Shown piece after piece: positions 1-12,900 of a stretch of 64,000 nt of DNA. The translations under genes were made by a program, and so were the position numbers. Where the stretch lies: NCBI RefSeq assembly GCF_001194135.2, contig NC_068987.1:29954086-30018085 (forward strand), written 5' to 3'. Origin of the DNA: Octopus bimaculoides. Taxonomy: Eukaryota. Positions within the stretch are counted from its first letter, which is position 1. The number at the start of each line of letters is the position of its first letter. The notes under the pieces are model-generated. The model made no database searches. It saw only the letters and a list, made by a program, of their open reading frames with translations, and was not told the DNA's origin.

Positions 1-250
1 TGGCACATAAAAGACACCATTTCGAGCGTGGCTGTTGCCAGTACCGCCTGACTGGCCTTCGTGCGGGTGACACGTAAAAGCACCCACTACACTCTCTGAG
101 TGGTTGCCGTTAGGAAGGGCATCCAGCTGTAGAAACTCTGCCAAATTAGATTGGAGCCTGGTGTTGCCATCCGGTTTCACCAGTCCTCAGTCAAATCGTC
201 CAACCCATGCTAGCATGGAAAGCAGACGTTAAACGATGATGATGATGGTG
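1..250 (+). mobile_element. SINE family D (RTE-type 3' tail ending (GAT)n), 3' part
   Basis: ggcacataaaag...ccatgctagcatggaaagcagacgttaaacgatgatgat; many copies in window. Confidence 0.85.
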
Positions 251-291
<41 letters not shown>

Positions 292-329
292 CTCTCTCTC
301 TTAGATTTATGCTTTCATATGTATTTTAA

Positions 330-480
330 ATCTACACTTCCATTCACACTCAATTTACACTTTCATTTACACTTAATTTACACTTCTATTCTAGACTTAA
401 ATTTACATTTTCATACATTCATGAATTTATACTTCTTTTCATACTTAAATTTATTTACACTTCCATACATACATACATTT
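330..480 (+). repeat. Degenerate AT-rich short tandem repeat (aatttacactt-like)
   Basis: Recurrent tttacactt motifs at about 11-13 bp spacing. Confidence 0.6.
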
Positions 481-643
481 TAAATTTTCAGTATACTAAG
501 TGTACTATATTGAATACTTTACATTTATAGTCATCCTGTGTAGTGAGTCTATTGAAATAAAATGTTCACAGAGAAAAAACGTCCAGCAAAGTTGAAAAAC
601 TGGAGTCTTGCCTGTTAAGTAGACTTCCATAATTTTCCATATA

Positions 644-742
644 TAGATGTTTTCGATCTAGTTTGGATTCTTTGCCATCAAATTTGATGACAAAGAGTTC
701 AAATTTGATGGCAAAGAATCCAAACTAGATCGAAAACATCTA
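644..742. repeat. Perfect 44-bp inverted repeat with 11-nt loop
   Basis: 644-687 is the exact reverse complement of 699-742. Confidence 0.95.
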
Positions 743-1479
743 GAACTTGCTGCTTTGCTAAGAAACAGCAGTTCCATACACTCAAGCCAGGTCTCTTCTC
801 TGAAGATAAAATTTTTATCTGTTTTTTTTTTTTGTTTTTTTTTAACTCCAATATCCATTAGGTCATGGTTTCTTCCCCTCCATTCCCCACCATCCTCAAA
901 GACCTTGTCTTTCTGCTCTAACTAAATCATATATAAAACTTACAATTACATAGATAATATGTTGCTTAATAAGCACAAAACTTAATTAGCACAATTGTTC
1001 TAGTTTGGGAAAATGTAAAATAAATAAATAAATAACAAATTCGTTTGTTACTATATACACAATCCCTGTCTGGAAGTTTACACATGCAACAACCCCTATA
1101 AACTGGGTCATTTATAAATGCATAATAGCCATTTATATTCTTGTTTTGTTGTTCACACAAATGTAGTAAAAAAGCATCATCACCTTTTCTCAAAAGAAAA
1201 ATGTTTAAAAACAAAACTAAGAAAATACAACTTTAGCATAGGATAGTCGTGTATGTATGTGTGTGTGTGGCTGTCTGTTTGTAAAGTAGTTTGTATAGTT
1301 TGATAGATNNNNNNNNNNNNNNNNNNNNNNNNNNNNNNNNNNNNNNNNNNNNNNNNNNNNNNNNNNNNNNNNNNNNNNNNNNNNNNNNNNNNNNNNNNNN
1401 NNNNNNNNAGCATGGAAAGCAGACGTTAAACAACGATGATGATGATGATGATATATATGTATGTTTCTTTTTTCATGCC

Positions 1480-2700
1480 TTTAGGAGCAGCGTGGATGAT
1501 TGACAGGTACATTGCAATCGTTAAGTTATGCCAGTACTCCTGTAACTTGAAATTCTCATCCAAATCCATTGTGTCCACAAGATGTTGAAGAGAGTTCCAA
1601 ATGTAATGTGACTTGAAGGTATAGATCATGCCTTGATTCATAGGCTGGATGATGGAGATGGTGTTGGTAGGGAGGAACTCTACTTGGACTCCCTCGTGAT
1701 TCAAATGTAAAGCGTAACCACCAGCATTATCCATAACAAGCAACACCTTGAATTCCATACATTCATTTTGGAGGTATTCTTTGGCTTGAGGGATGAAGCA
1801 TTGGTGAAACCGTTTCAAAGTTAGACTATTGGTAATCCAGGCCTTGGGGTTGTGCATCCAGGGGACAGTCAGCAGGTTTTTATTCGTATTTTTGAGAGCC
1901 CTCAGGTTTGTGGACTTGTAGATAAATCCAGGTTTCAGCATTGCCACACGTAATTACCATCACTTTGTCCTTCTGTGCCTCATATCCTGGGACTCTGGCC
2001 TCGTCCTTCATGATGTACATCCCAGAAGGCATCTTCTTCCAGAACAAGCCAGTCTCATCCATATTAAAAACCTGTTCCGGCTTGTATCCCTTGTCCTCAA
2101 TGATCTGCCTGAAGGTCTTGAGGTACTTCTCAGCAGCTTCTTTGTCAGCCAATGCTGTGTCTCTATGCAGGAAGACACACTTTATTTTAAATCGTTTCTG
2201 GAAACGGTCAAACCATCCCTTGCTGGCTTCAGAGTCTTCAGGCTCCAGTGCTGTCAATAGTCTTGGTTGTGGTTCTTCGGTGCCTTCTGCTCCGTCTCCT
2301 CTGTTGAACTGCTGGTATAATTTCTGCACTTTCCTGCGGATAATGCTACCACTCAAGGGGATGTTTTTCTTCTTGCAGTCACTGATCCACAATGCCAAGG
2401 CAGATTCCATCCTGACATAGTGCTTATTTCTCATTATCATTATCTTTTTGGCACTTTTGACAGAAACTTACTGCTACAGTAGTCCTGATCACCACCTCGT
2501 TCTTCTTTATGGAGCATATTGTGATTCATTGACAACATAATAGTGACCAACTGCAGCATAACTTTACCTTCCTGGAACATATCCAGCAGTTGTACCTTCT
2601 CGTGGAGCGTCATAACCTTTCTCTGGCACTGAGGTTCACTGTCAGAAGCTTTAGAAGGTGAAGGGCATTTGGGTGGCATCTTAAGGTTTTATTAACATGC
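1480..2700 (-). mobile_element. Frameshifted pogo/Tigger-family transposase pseudogene
   Basis: Three overlapping ORFs: MPPKCPSPSKASDSEPQCQRKVMTLHEKVQLLD (psq-type HTH), FEASKGWFDRF-like CENP-B HTH with QVFNMDETGLFWK, and VLLVMDNAGG...FLPTNTISIIQPMNQG (DDE_1). Confidence 0.9.
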
Positions 2701-3474
2701 TGCGAAAAACACAGCACTCAACAAAATACCCATGATAGCTATTGGATGCAGTTTTTCCCCAAAAAACCTACAAAATCTTCTTTTCACCTAATACACACAT
2801 ACCACCAGTGGGATATAGAGCAGTGATTAAAATTATCATGGTTTTGAAAATTTTAATTTGTATTACCACTAGATACAGTAATCTATACTATAATAATAAG
2901 GTGGGGGGACCAGCAAGTAACCTAATTTCAATGAGGCTATATTGGCTCATGATCTTAAAAAATTATCCTTTTGAAATAAACAATCTGTATGATCAAATGT
3001 AACCATGATTTTTAAAAAAGCACTGGTACTACTCAGTCAATGTTGTTGACTGACTTTTTTGTTAAAACTACAGCTTCAAATTTGTCCAGAGTTGTCTCTC
3101 TTTGTTTTTTCCCATTGAGGAAGGCTAAACTGTCAAAAATGCATACCTGGGAATCCACTAGAGGGAAGCACTGGGCAGATATGGTGTTTTACACCTTTTA
3201 CCATAAGGGGGAATTTTTTTCTCAACTGTAACCATTGTGAATTTACCTATTAGAAGTTGATTTCATGGACCATACACCAATACATAACCCATTCCCTATC
3301 TCCTATCAACTTTAGGGTTCATATTTCTACATGCAAACATTCCTCTTTCTATTAACTGTAGGGTCTTTTTTCCTCTATGTAAACCTTATTCCTGAATTGG
3401 AGTTTGGCATAACATTTGATTGAATACTTTCACTGGCTAATTTAAATGTTTTTATTATTTGTATTTTTGTACAG

Positions 3475-3689
3475 AAAACCTATTCAAGGAACTAAATCAG
3501 TTTGATGTATTTCCTGAAGAAGACAGCCAAGATATAAATGTGCGCCACAATCTGGTATCTCTTGTTAACAGTCGTCATCGTAGGGCTTCCAGTGATTCAC
3601 GACCAATCCAACAGGACATAACTACCTCAAAAAATACTCTAGTTTTAGAAAATATTAAACCTAAACTTCCATCAAATTCTGACTTATCG
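3475..3689 (+). CDS. Internal coding exon of uncharacterised membrane/secreted protein gene (phase 1 to 0): ENLFKELNQFDVFPEEDSQDINVRHNLVSLVNSRHRRASSDSRP...SDLS
   Basis: Acceptor ttgtatttttgtacag, donor TCG|gtaagt, open frame, phase matches next exon; contains R-H-R-R furin-type motif. Confidence 0.8.
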
Positions 3690-4080
3690 GTAAGTTGGTT
3701 TTATTTTTTGCTCTTTTTTTTTGTTTTAATATTTTATTCTTTTATTGAAAGGAGTATCCCTGTATCTTTTTTGGCCATGCTGGAATGCTACATCAAGAAT
3801 TTTATTCCCTTCATACTGTATCTGCTACTAAATTTATTTGTTTGTGAGGTATTTCTACCTTGACATTAAAGGGATGCCTATACATGCACATATACTCAAC
3901 TTCAGTGCAGTTTCCAGACAAAATGCTGCTAGGAATTTTGCTCAGCATGCTAACATTTCTGCCAGCTCTATAATAATGAAAATAATAAGTTCCCTGATGC
4001 TATACCAGGCACTGGCTCTCATAGTTTCTAATCTTAACTGATTGGAAGTGTTAACATGTACATGTTTTGTCTTGGTGTAA

Positions 4081-4305
4081 AGGATGGGCTACAGCAAATA
4101 TTTTCCTCAATACCACAGATTTGCTTGTCAGTTGCTTGACCATAACCAGTTGAATGTATCCCTTGGTGGCTGACAATATGTGCATCTCTAATCACAAAAA
4201 GGAGTAGTGGAAGAGAATTATAGCCATGTGTTGAGAGGGATTCTTTGGGGTTTTAATAATTCACCTCTGGAAACATGGGTGTTTCGTTCATCATCTTTAA
4301 ACAAC
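4081..4305 (+). repeat. Dispersed repeat; second copy at about 56730-56883
   Basis: Shared cacagatttgctt...ggtggctgacaatatgtgc.tctct...gtgttgagagggattctttgg. Confidence 0.65.
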
Positions 4306-4309
4306 CCTT

Positions 4310-4575
4310 ATTCAGGGACCTTTTGAGTAGAAAATTCTAACTGGGCCCCACCTACAAGGTTATGTGCTGTTTGTCTTGATATGAGAATACCATGTCGTGT
4401 GCCCATGGTTGTGATGCATGTGCCTGGTGTAACCTTATCAGATGGGTTTGTTATGATGGATATATTGGGCTTCATATATTTGTATCCCAATGTGATTTTG
4501 ATGGTATGCACTGCTCTGTCACTCAGTAGTAGTAGTAGTAGTGGTGGTGGTGGTGGTGGTGGTGGTGGTGGTGGT
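4310..4575 (+). mobile_element. LINE/SINE 3' end with trinucleotide tail; related copy at 51245-51385
   Basis: Shared gttgtgatgcatgtgcctggtgta..ttatcaga..ggg..gtcatgatgg..tgggcttcatatattt. Confidence 0.65.
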
Positions 4576-5325
4576 AGTAGTAGTAGTAATAGTAAAACTA
4601 CTTAAAAGAATAATATTTATAATAATATTAATGATTTCTAATTTTGGCATAAGGAAGTCCTGAGGTCGATTTGTTTGACTAAAACCCTTCAAGACAGTAC
4701 TCTAGCATGGTTGCAGTAAAATGACCGAATTAAATAAAAGATAAAAGAATATTTAATAATCTTTATTCATTCTATACTAACAAATCATTATCCTCACCAT
4801 TTTTATATTCTTTTTCCATGCTGGTATGGGTACAATGGTTTGATAGGATCCTTTGGCTTGGGTTATCACAAATCTGCTCCACTATGTCATTTTGAACATA
4901 GTCTCTTTGGCTATGTGTCCTGCTTTCTAACACCAACCCATTTACACTATTTTTAATGGCAACAGCATTACAGAGATTGTTCTGCCCTTGGCAAGATTAA
5001 AGAGGCCTCAATCCTACATTGATTGTATTCAATTTGCCAACCACCTTACAGAGTTGCATTTTTGTGGTACCAGCACTAGTGAGGTTACCTTGTAGCTTGC
5101 GAGACTAAAAGGTCCCCACAACTGAAAAAGAACAGGAGAGAGTGGGGACATTAAGTGAGATGCTGAGAGAAGTTAAAATACAATTGGTAGAATAGATTTA
5201 TCATTGTGAGTGGATGGAGGTGGAGATACTGGCAGTGAGAGAGAAGAACGTAGTGGAAAGGGGAAGGGAAAAAGAGTAATAACAAACTTTACTAATTAAT
5301 CTTAAACTTCTGTTTGTTTTTGCAG

Positions 5326-6508
5326 GGGCAGATTGATGTTATGGAGAACAATGCTTTGACTGTGAATGAAGTTAAAGATACAGTTCAAGCTGAAAAAGTT
5401 GATCCTCTTTCAACTAATTACTTAAAAGACAATGTTCAACAGAATCTAGAAAGTCCTGTAAAGACTCATCAGTATGCTTCCGAGGAAAAAGATCAGAATG
5501 TTTATAACAACTTTAAAAAATTACCTGACCAAAACAAATTGGCTGATCTTCAGCAGCAGCAATTAAGAGACCAACAAAATTTAGTCTTTCAGCAAGTACC
5601 AAGCCAGAACAGTCTGGATGTTAATTTGCAGCAAAAACTTCTTCCACAGAACTCTGAAGGTGTTGCTTCTCAGCATAAAGTATCTGGTAATCAAATTGTT
5701 CATCAGAATACACCAGTGCAGAATGGTTTTCAACCTGGCCCTCAGAATGAAGTATTAGACCAGAAGAACATAAGACAACTGAAGCAGAATAAGCTGGAAT
5801 CAGTTCCTCAACAAGGAGTTCCTCTTCAGAGCAATGAAGTTACTGCTCCCCAACAAAAACTTTTGAACCAAAATGAAGTAAATATTCTTAATAATCCTAA
5901 AAATTCCCTCCAGAAAAATGTTCCTGTTGTCCAGCAGCCAGGAAATTCTGTTATTCAACAAAAAGCAATGAATGTGGATACCGTAACTGTTAGTCCACCA
6001 GAGAAGAATGCAGTCAATAATGGTGATAATATTGTTAAAATTCCTGTAGAAGCTATGATTGAGCAAAAGGTTCCACTAAACCAGAACATTGCATCAGTTA
6101 ATAACATTGCTCCTAATTCATCTAACCAGTTGAATGTCAGTTTTCCACATATTTTAGTTGAAGGAAACAAAGAGGCAAAGGTCAATAACGGCAAAGATGT
6201 TGCTGAGCAATCACCTTCAGGTTCCCTTCTTCGCGATAGCTTATTGATTGAGAATTCAAAACAAAACAAATTAGAAAAACTAGCACACGATAATCTTGCT
6301 GAAGCTCAGCAGTTTCCTGAAGCAGGGAATTCTATCTTAAAGGAAAACAACATTGGTCAGAATGTTCCAGCCCAAGTTGATTCTGACAGTATTAGGCTGG
6401 TTGCTGTTTCAAAGATCCTCTCTAAATCTTACCTTTTTACTCGGCCTATTTCACGTTTAGAACATTATCCACAAAACTCACAAGAATTTTCTGACCATAA
6501 AAAAGCAG
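5326..6508 (+). CDS. Large 1183-nt Gln/Asn-rich low-complexity coding exon (phase 0 to 1) of the same gene
   Basis: Acceptor tgtttgtttttgcag, donor GCA G|gtaaac, 394 open codons within ORF 5314..6612. Confidence 0.9.
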
Positions 6509-6720
6509 GTAAACACAATTTTTCTTTCTTGATATTCGTTATTGCTTTCATGCTTTATGCTGAAATTTTAGTCCAATATAATGTTACTTATAATTCTTTG
6601 TTTTTAGAATAGTATATCTTAAAGCACACACATAGAGCCCCTATGACTTTTTCTATCCAAAAGAGTTTTTAACACAGTATCTTCATGCTGTTGTTTATAG
6701 CTTTGTGTGTGTTCTTTGAC

Positions 6721-7258
6721 ATCATCATCGTTTAACGTCCGCTTTCCATGCTAGCTTGGGTTGGACGATTTGACTGAGGACTGATGGACCAGGTGGCTAC
6801 ACCAGGCTCCAATCTGATTTGGCAGAGTTTCTACAGCTTGATGCCCTTCCTAACGCCAACCACTCCAAGAGTGTAGTGGGTGCTTTTACGTGCCACTGGC
6901 AAGAAGGCCAGTCAGGCGGTACTGGCAACGGCCACGCTCGAAATGGTGTCTTTTACGTGCCACCTGCACAGGAGCCAGTCCAGCAGCACTGGCAAGGATC
7001 TTGCTCGAATGTCTTTTCACGTGCCACTGGCACAAGTGCCAGGAAGGCAACGTTGGCAACGATCATGCTCAAATAGTGCTATTTATGTGCCACCGGCACG
7101 GAAGCCAGACAGCTGCTCTGGCAACGATCATGCTCGGACGGTGCTCTTAGTGCTCCACTGGTACAGGTGCCATCACGATTTCGCTTTCACTTGCCCCAAC
7201 AGGTCTTCGCAAGCCGAGTTTAGTGTTCAATGAAAGAGACGTTGGCATGGGTGCCAGT
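6721..7258 (-). mobile_element. SINE family D, long copy
   Basis: Reverse complement aligns with 1-250 and 26414-26885. Confidence 0.9.
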
Positions 7259-7900
7259 CTACAAATTTAGTTCGATAAATAATTCACATATTCTCAAAAG
7301 TTTATAAAAGTTTTGTCAGCAACAATATTGTGTGTTGTTTTCATGAAGTGTGTGGTTGGATTTTCATAGCTTTCTTTCAGCCAACTGCAGTCCTTTACGG
7401 AAGGAGTCATGCTAAGTTAAATATTTAACACACGTCCCACTTGTGTTGCATCAGAGTTTGATGTCTTTTGAAATCATTAACAAGCAGTACAAAGTTGAAT
7501 TATTGTTTATTCAGGATTACTTAAATACTGATAGGTGAAACATTTGTTTTGAGTTTCTTTGTTATTGGAGTTTTACTTGGACTTATTGGTTAGAAGACCT
7601 GGCTGAAGTACATGCAGCATATGTTTGAGTATCTATATAGCAAAGTAGCAAAACAAACAGCATTTCTTTTGAGTTTCTAAAGAGATGATTATTGTAGAAA
7701 CAAGCTTGTTCAACAATATTGACACTCTTGCTACTGTTCTTGTTGCTTTGCTTCAGCCCTGGGCTAAAGTTAATTGTTCTGGTGATATTTAGTGTTAGAA
7801 ATGTTTTCTCTGTATGTTTGATGTTTAGTCAACATCTCATTTTGAAATAATTCACTTGGTCATCATGATTCTATTGAGGGTTAATTTTTTTGTCTTTCAG

Positions 7901-7952
7901 ATGACAGTTGGTACTACAATCAAGATATGGAAGGCAGCCTAGGCCATGGTTG
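7901..7952 (+). CDS. Small coding exon (D)DSWYYNQDMEGSLGHG (phase 1 to 2)
   Basis: Acceptor ttttttgtctttcag, donor tg|gtaact, phase fits upstream exon. Confidence 0.7.
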
Positions 7953-8163
7953 GTAACTTTTATTTACATGTACATAGATTGTCATCATTGTTTTAACATC
8001 CATTTTTTTTTGTGCTTGCATGGGTCAGGTAAAAATCCTTCAGGTAGATTTTATGACTCTGACCTTCACTTGTTTCCAAGGAAGGTGATATTTCCTATAG
8101 TCCTTCGAACATGTATAATACAATGGTCAGATTTGCTTACAATTAGTGCAAATGTTAAGGCAA

Positions 8164-8205
<42 letters not shown>

Positions 8206-8831
8206 GCACACATATGATGGACTTCTCTCTTACCTTCTACCATATCCACTCACAAAGCTTTGGTCAGCCATAGGGAAAATACCTACTAAGATGCTACACT
8301 GTGGAACTGAACTGGGACTTATTTCCTTCCTTATTAATGTCCTCCCTATATCACACTATCTCTCCCACATCACACCACCTCTGTAACAAGGTTTAACATT
8401 GTATTGGCTCTAGCTGTATTCAGTCTTCTTTTTGTTAGCTGTAGATCTTTTGTTCGTTCTCTCTCTCTCTCTCTCTTTGTTGACATTCATTACTCCCTCA
8501 TATTCTCCCACCACACTTTCACTTCCAGAACTCTTTTATCACCTTGTCTCATTCCTATCACTCTCTCCACATCATGCCACTCATATTGCTATTATCCAAC
8601 CATCTTACCAATAATTATTGTGTAGCTGCCTGTCACTCTCTTCCTTTATTCTTTTCTATATTAACCTCTCACTTGACATTTTCAACTTAAGATAAAAAAA
8701 ATATACATATAAAGGTAGGAATTCTATTTGAAGTACTTCTTGTAAACTGTGGTCAGACTTGTTCTTTTTCATTACTCCCTCTTTTATCAGTCTCTCACAC
8801 TGGTTCTCTTTCATTAGTCTTCTATCTGCAG

Positions 8832-8885
8832 TGGACAAGACAACCCCTATGATGCTGGTGAACAATTGATCAGAGATAATGTAGG
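8832..8885 (+). CDS. Probable small coding exon (C)GQDNPYDAGEQLIRDN(V); donor at 8880 or 8885 uncertain
   Basis: Acceptor tcttctatctgcag; phase-2 start completes TG+T=Cys with previous exon; donors gtaggg or gtagaa. Confidence 0.5.
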
Positions 8886-9289
8886 GTAGAAAGGATTCTT
8901 TCGATTTATTGAGGATACAACAACCTCTTTAGTGCTGATGTCAGGAAAATATATACCCAGTACACTAAGTAAAGTGGTGATAAGGCATCCAGCTGTAGAC
9001 AGCATGCTGGAAATGTAATGTATGGATGTGTGGTCTTTTGATCCATGAAAGAGGTCAGTTGTTCTAAATAGGAACTAACTCAGTCTATGACGATACATCC
9101 AGCCAATGCCAGCATGAAAATGTGGATGTAAAATATTGATGAAGATAGTTATATATTCTTGTATCTAATTTCAGTAAATTGTTTTTTTCTGTGAATTACG
9201 AGACTTCTACCAAAAATAATACAAAAGTGCACATAAGCTTTTGATTAACTTGGTTCATTCAAATTGCACATGTTTGTAGAGCATCTCTA

Positions 9290-9830
9290 AATCCGGATGA
9301 AGGTGCTACTTGACAGTCTTTATCTTTGCATCTTCATTGAATCTTCTTTGAAAAAACTCAGGTGTGCATTGTTATGCCCACTTCTTCACAGCCACTTCCA
9401 TTCCATCTGCATTGTCAAATTGTTGTCCCCTAAGACTATCTGTCATTGGACCAAGTAGATGGAAATCAGAGAGCACCTGATCTGGGTCCCATAATAGTTA
9501 AACGATAATCAGCCAGCTCCATTTGCCAATTTCCTGATTTGTTGCCAAAGATATGGATCATTTTCAGATTAGTTTATTCCTCTTTATGACTTCTCAAATA
9601 TTTTTGAGTGTCTCCACATATCACACATTGTAGTCCATCATGTTCCAGAAAAATCAAAGAGAATGATGTCCTTACCATTTCAAAAAAGTAATCACCATGA
9701 CTTGCTGTGCTAACCGCTGGTGTCTTATATTTGGGTAAGGGGTGCAATGCCATTCCAAGGATTGAGCCTTCATTTCCAGCTCATAAAGATACAATCACAT
9801 TTCATCCCCCATCACTATATCAGGAAAAAA
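9290..9830 (-). mobile_element. Decayed mariner (DD34D) transposase fragment
   Basis: Minus-strand translation DPDQVLSDFHLLGPMTDSLRGQQFDN matches the mariner YSPDLAPSDFHLF region. Confidence 0.7.
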
Positions 9831-10134
9831 AAAAACACCTGTTTTTATTAACTTCAAATGCTCCCAGCAAATCATAGCAGACATCTACTTTTCTCTCCTT
9901 TGAACTGAATGTTAAGTGCCAAGGTATCAACCACTAACTTTGCACAAACTCTTCATCACCCAGAATCTTGCACCATCTTATATAATGCATTTTGATTGTG
10001 CAGCAAGCTTACAGTTTGTGATATTTGTGTTTGCACAAATCATTTGTCTACTCACTTGCAATTTGCATCAATGGCTGCAGTTCTCCCACTGCATGGTTTT
10101 TCTTCAATGCCAGTTTTCCTTTCTTTAACCCTAA

Positions 10135-10338
10135 CCCTTTAGCATTTAAACCGGCCAATCCAGCCAAAATATTCTGTTTGTTTTATATTCAAACTGGCTA
10201 AATATGGTCTCACACCTATTCTAAAAGTAAACAATTCCATAATTGAAATCTGAAAGCTACAAAATAATGCACTGTTAATTCAAAGCAACATGAATAAATA
10301 AGCATTGCATTTGACAAAGAAATCTGAAAGCTAAAGGG
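10135..10338 (+). mobile_element. piggyBac-type MITE (about 200 bp)
   Basis: CCCTTTAGCATT...AAAGCTAAAGGG termini; flanks ctaa and TTAA. Confidence 0.8.
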
Positions 10339-11561
10339 TTAAACTTCTTCATCCATTCATGCCCATTGTTCTTGTCAGTAGCATTATCTCCATAAACAAC
10401 CTTTAGTCATCTGTGGCTGTCAGACAGCCTGTACCCTACCTTTGTCAAGAACTCAATGACAACATGTTTTGCTTCTGCTTAGAAGCTTATTTGCTTTCAA
10501 TATAGAATAAGAAGAGTTACTATAAGTCTTTGAGCTGCGCTATCTACATGTGCCATTGAAACAACCTGTGGTAGTTAATAAAATATTTATGCTCCTGTTT
10601 GCATTACTTTCGGTACAGCTTTTACCTGAAGGAAGTAATTAGGTGCAGGCCTAGCTGTTTGGTTAAGAAGTTTGTTTTGTAACTCTGTGGTTTCAGGTTC
10701 ATTTCCACTACATGACATCTTGGACATTTGTCTTGAACTATAACCTCGTATTAAACTAAAAGTATGAATGAAATTTGATACACTGAAGCTGTGTGGAAGT
10801 CTGTTAAAGGAACTGTTTCTGTTTTTGAGTAGTAGGTGTAATCTATTGCTTAGTTTAATACCACTATGCGGTAACGTTAAAGTGCTGTCTTTTTTCTCCA
10901 CTGTTTTGACCATAAAGAAAAAACAATTTAAAAAAAAAAAAACTAAATTGAAAAATACATTATTTAATATATTTTCCTTTTTTTTTTTTTTTTTTTTNNN
11001 NNNNNNNTTCATTTTTGTTTTCAAGCCCTACTTAAACATCTGAAAAGTATGCTTTAAAAAAATTCATGTTCATATGCTACAGAATTGTACCAGACAGCAA
11101 TATTTGATTTTTTTTTTTTTGCCTGATTTTCTTTGATGTACTTGCTGTGTTGTATTGTGCTCTATTTTGTTTGTGCTTTCGAATTAGGCTAGACACCTTC
11201 ATTTGTTGTTGATGTTGTTGTTGTTGTTGTTAATATTTGTCTCACTTCATGTACATCCATATCAACTGTTAATTATAGACTTAACTGCTGAATTTCTAAT
11301 TAGATTAGAAGTCCTGAAAATACGTTGTATTTTTATGGACTGACTACTTTAACTTTTGTGTTGTGTTCCATGCAAAGGTTTATTGCTCTAACTGGAAAAA
11401 AAAAATAGGAAAAAGGAAGAAATCCATCATTCTTTGAACTATTTGACACCACATACTCATGGATTTGAGTTCAAATCCATTTAGTGTTTTGATGTTTCTG
11501 TGAAGAATATTTTATGTTGCTTTACACTCACCCCAGTTCACCTAGATGTCGGCTGGTTTAA

Positions 11562-11753
11562 CTATTTAGCATTTAAGCTGGCTATACCAGGCTCAAATAT
11601 TCTACCTGTTTAATGTTCAATCTGGCCAGATCTGGCCTCTCATATCTATTCCTACAATGTCATTCTATCAAAATCTCATATCAACAAGATAATGCCTGAT
11701 TAATGTGAATAAATAAGCACTACATTCGACAGAGTAATTTGAATGCTAAAGGG
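11562..11753 (+). mobile_element. piggyBac-type MITE, second copy
   Basis: TTAA on both sides; same internal sequence as 10135-10338. Confidence 0.8.
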
Positions 11754-11852
11754 TTAAAATTTAGTAGTGTCACCCATGAGATAAAAGTATCCTAACCAGA
11801 GGAAAAATTGAATATTTAAAAAATTATTTTTATGGATTGAGATCCAAAACCA

Positions 11853-12260
11853 AGGTGCTATGTAAAAACACTGGTGCTGGTGCCATGTAAAAAGCACAGG
11901 TGCTGGTATCACATAAAAACATTGTTGCTGATGTCATGTAAAAAGCACTGGCGATGGTGTCATGTAAAAATCACTGCTGGTGGTGTCATGTGAAAAGCAC
12001 TGGTGCTGGTTCTATGTAAAAAGCATTGCTGTTGGTACCACGTAAAAAGTGCTGGTGATGGTGCCTTGTAAAAAGCTCAGGTGCTGGTGCTATGTAAAAA
12101 TCATTGTTGCTGGAACCACACGAAAAGCATTGTTGCTGTCGCCACATAAAAAGCATTGTTGCTGGTACCACATAAAAAGCATTGTTGCTGGTACCACATA
12201 AAAAGCATTGTTGCTGGTACCACATAAAAAGCATTGTTGCTGTCACCACATAAAAAGCAT
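11853..12260 (+). repeat. 26-bp minisatellite, about 16 units
   Basis: Unit gttgctggtaccacataaaaagcatt; exact copies at the 3' end, divergent copies at the 5' end. Confidence 0.9.
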
Positions 12261-12261
12261 A

Positions 12262-12900
12262 CTCAAAGGAGCTGCCCTCAGCTTTCACCATGGCTTTGGA
12301 ACCTGGGAAGATCTTCAAACACCTCCTTGAACTTAGCCACCAGTTCAACCTTGGTGTTGCAGGCAGAGTAGTTGGTGTTTTTCTTAACTGCATCCTACAC
12401 ATAGTAATCTTTGAGATTACAATCAGGCAACTCAAGAGGTCAGAAGCTGGGGCTGGTAGAGCTGTAGAAAGACTCTGATAATGACTTTTAACTCTTTGTA
12501 AAGGTATAGCAAGAAGCCAGATCCTGCTGCCACATGTATGGCCTTCATTAGCAACCTTTCCAGCCAGTAATTGACCACAGTCCCCACTAGCTTAACATAG
12601 TCATCTCAATTGAGCGTAAGGCTCTGTTTGAGGATGTGGAGCGGCATGATTTCACCCTTTCTGAAGACTCCCAAAGACCATCATAGTTTGGGGAAACTTG
12701 GCTTTCATGATGTCCATGTCAATTCTTACAGCCTTTACATTACTCACAGAGCTTTGAACTGCATTTATGATGTGGCATTTAGATACCCATCACAAATCAT
12801 CATGATACAGGTAACACGTTTCCAGTATTCAGATGGCTTCCAATCCTCCATGTTAGCTAACGTTTTTTATCAACTACAACTTTAATCTTTATGTTCTCCA
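12262..12900 (-). mobile_element. Decayed maT/DD37D-like transposase fragment
   Basis: Translations KAKFPQTMMVFG and PDCNLKDYYV*DAV...KVELVAKFKEVFEDL. Confidence 0.7.

Noticed and set aside
662-790. Apparent exon FGFFAIKFDDKEFKFDGKESKLDRKHLEL
   Set aside because: Open frame coincides with the perfect hairpin; weak donor; phase does not fit the 3475 exon
11853-12260. CRISPR-like array
   Set aside because: Contiguous tandem units with no unique spacers, no cas genes, eukaryotic context
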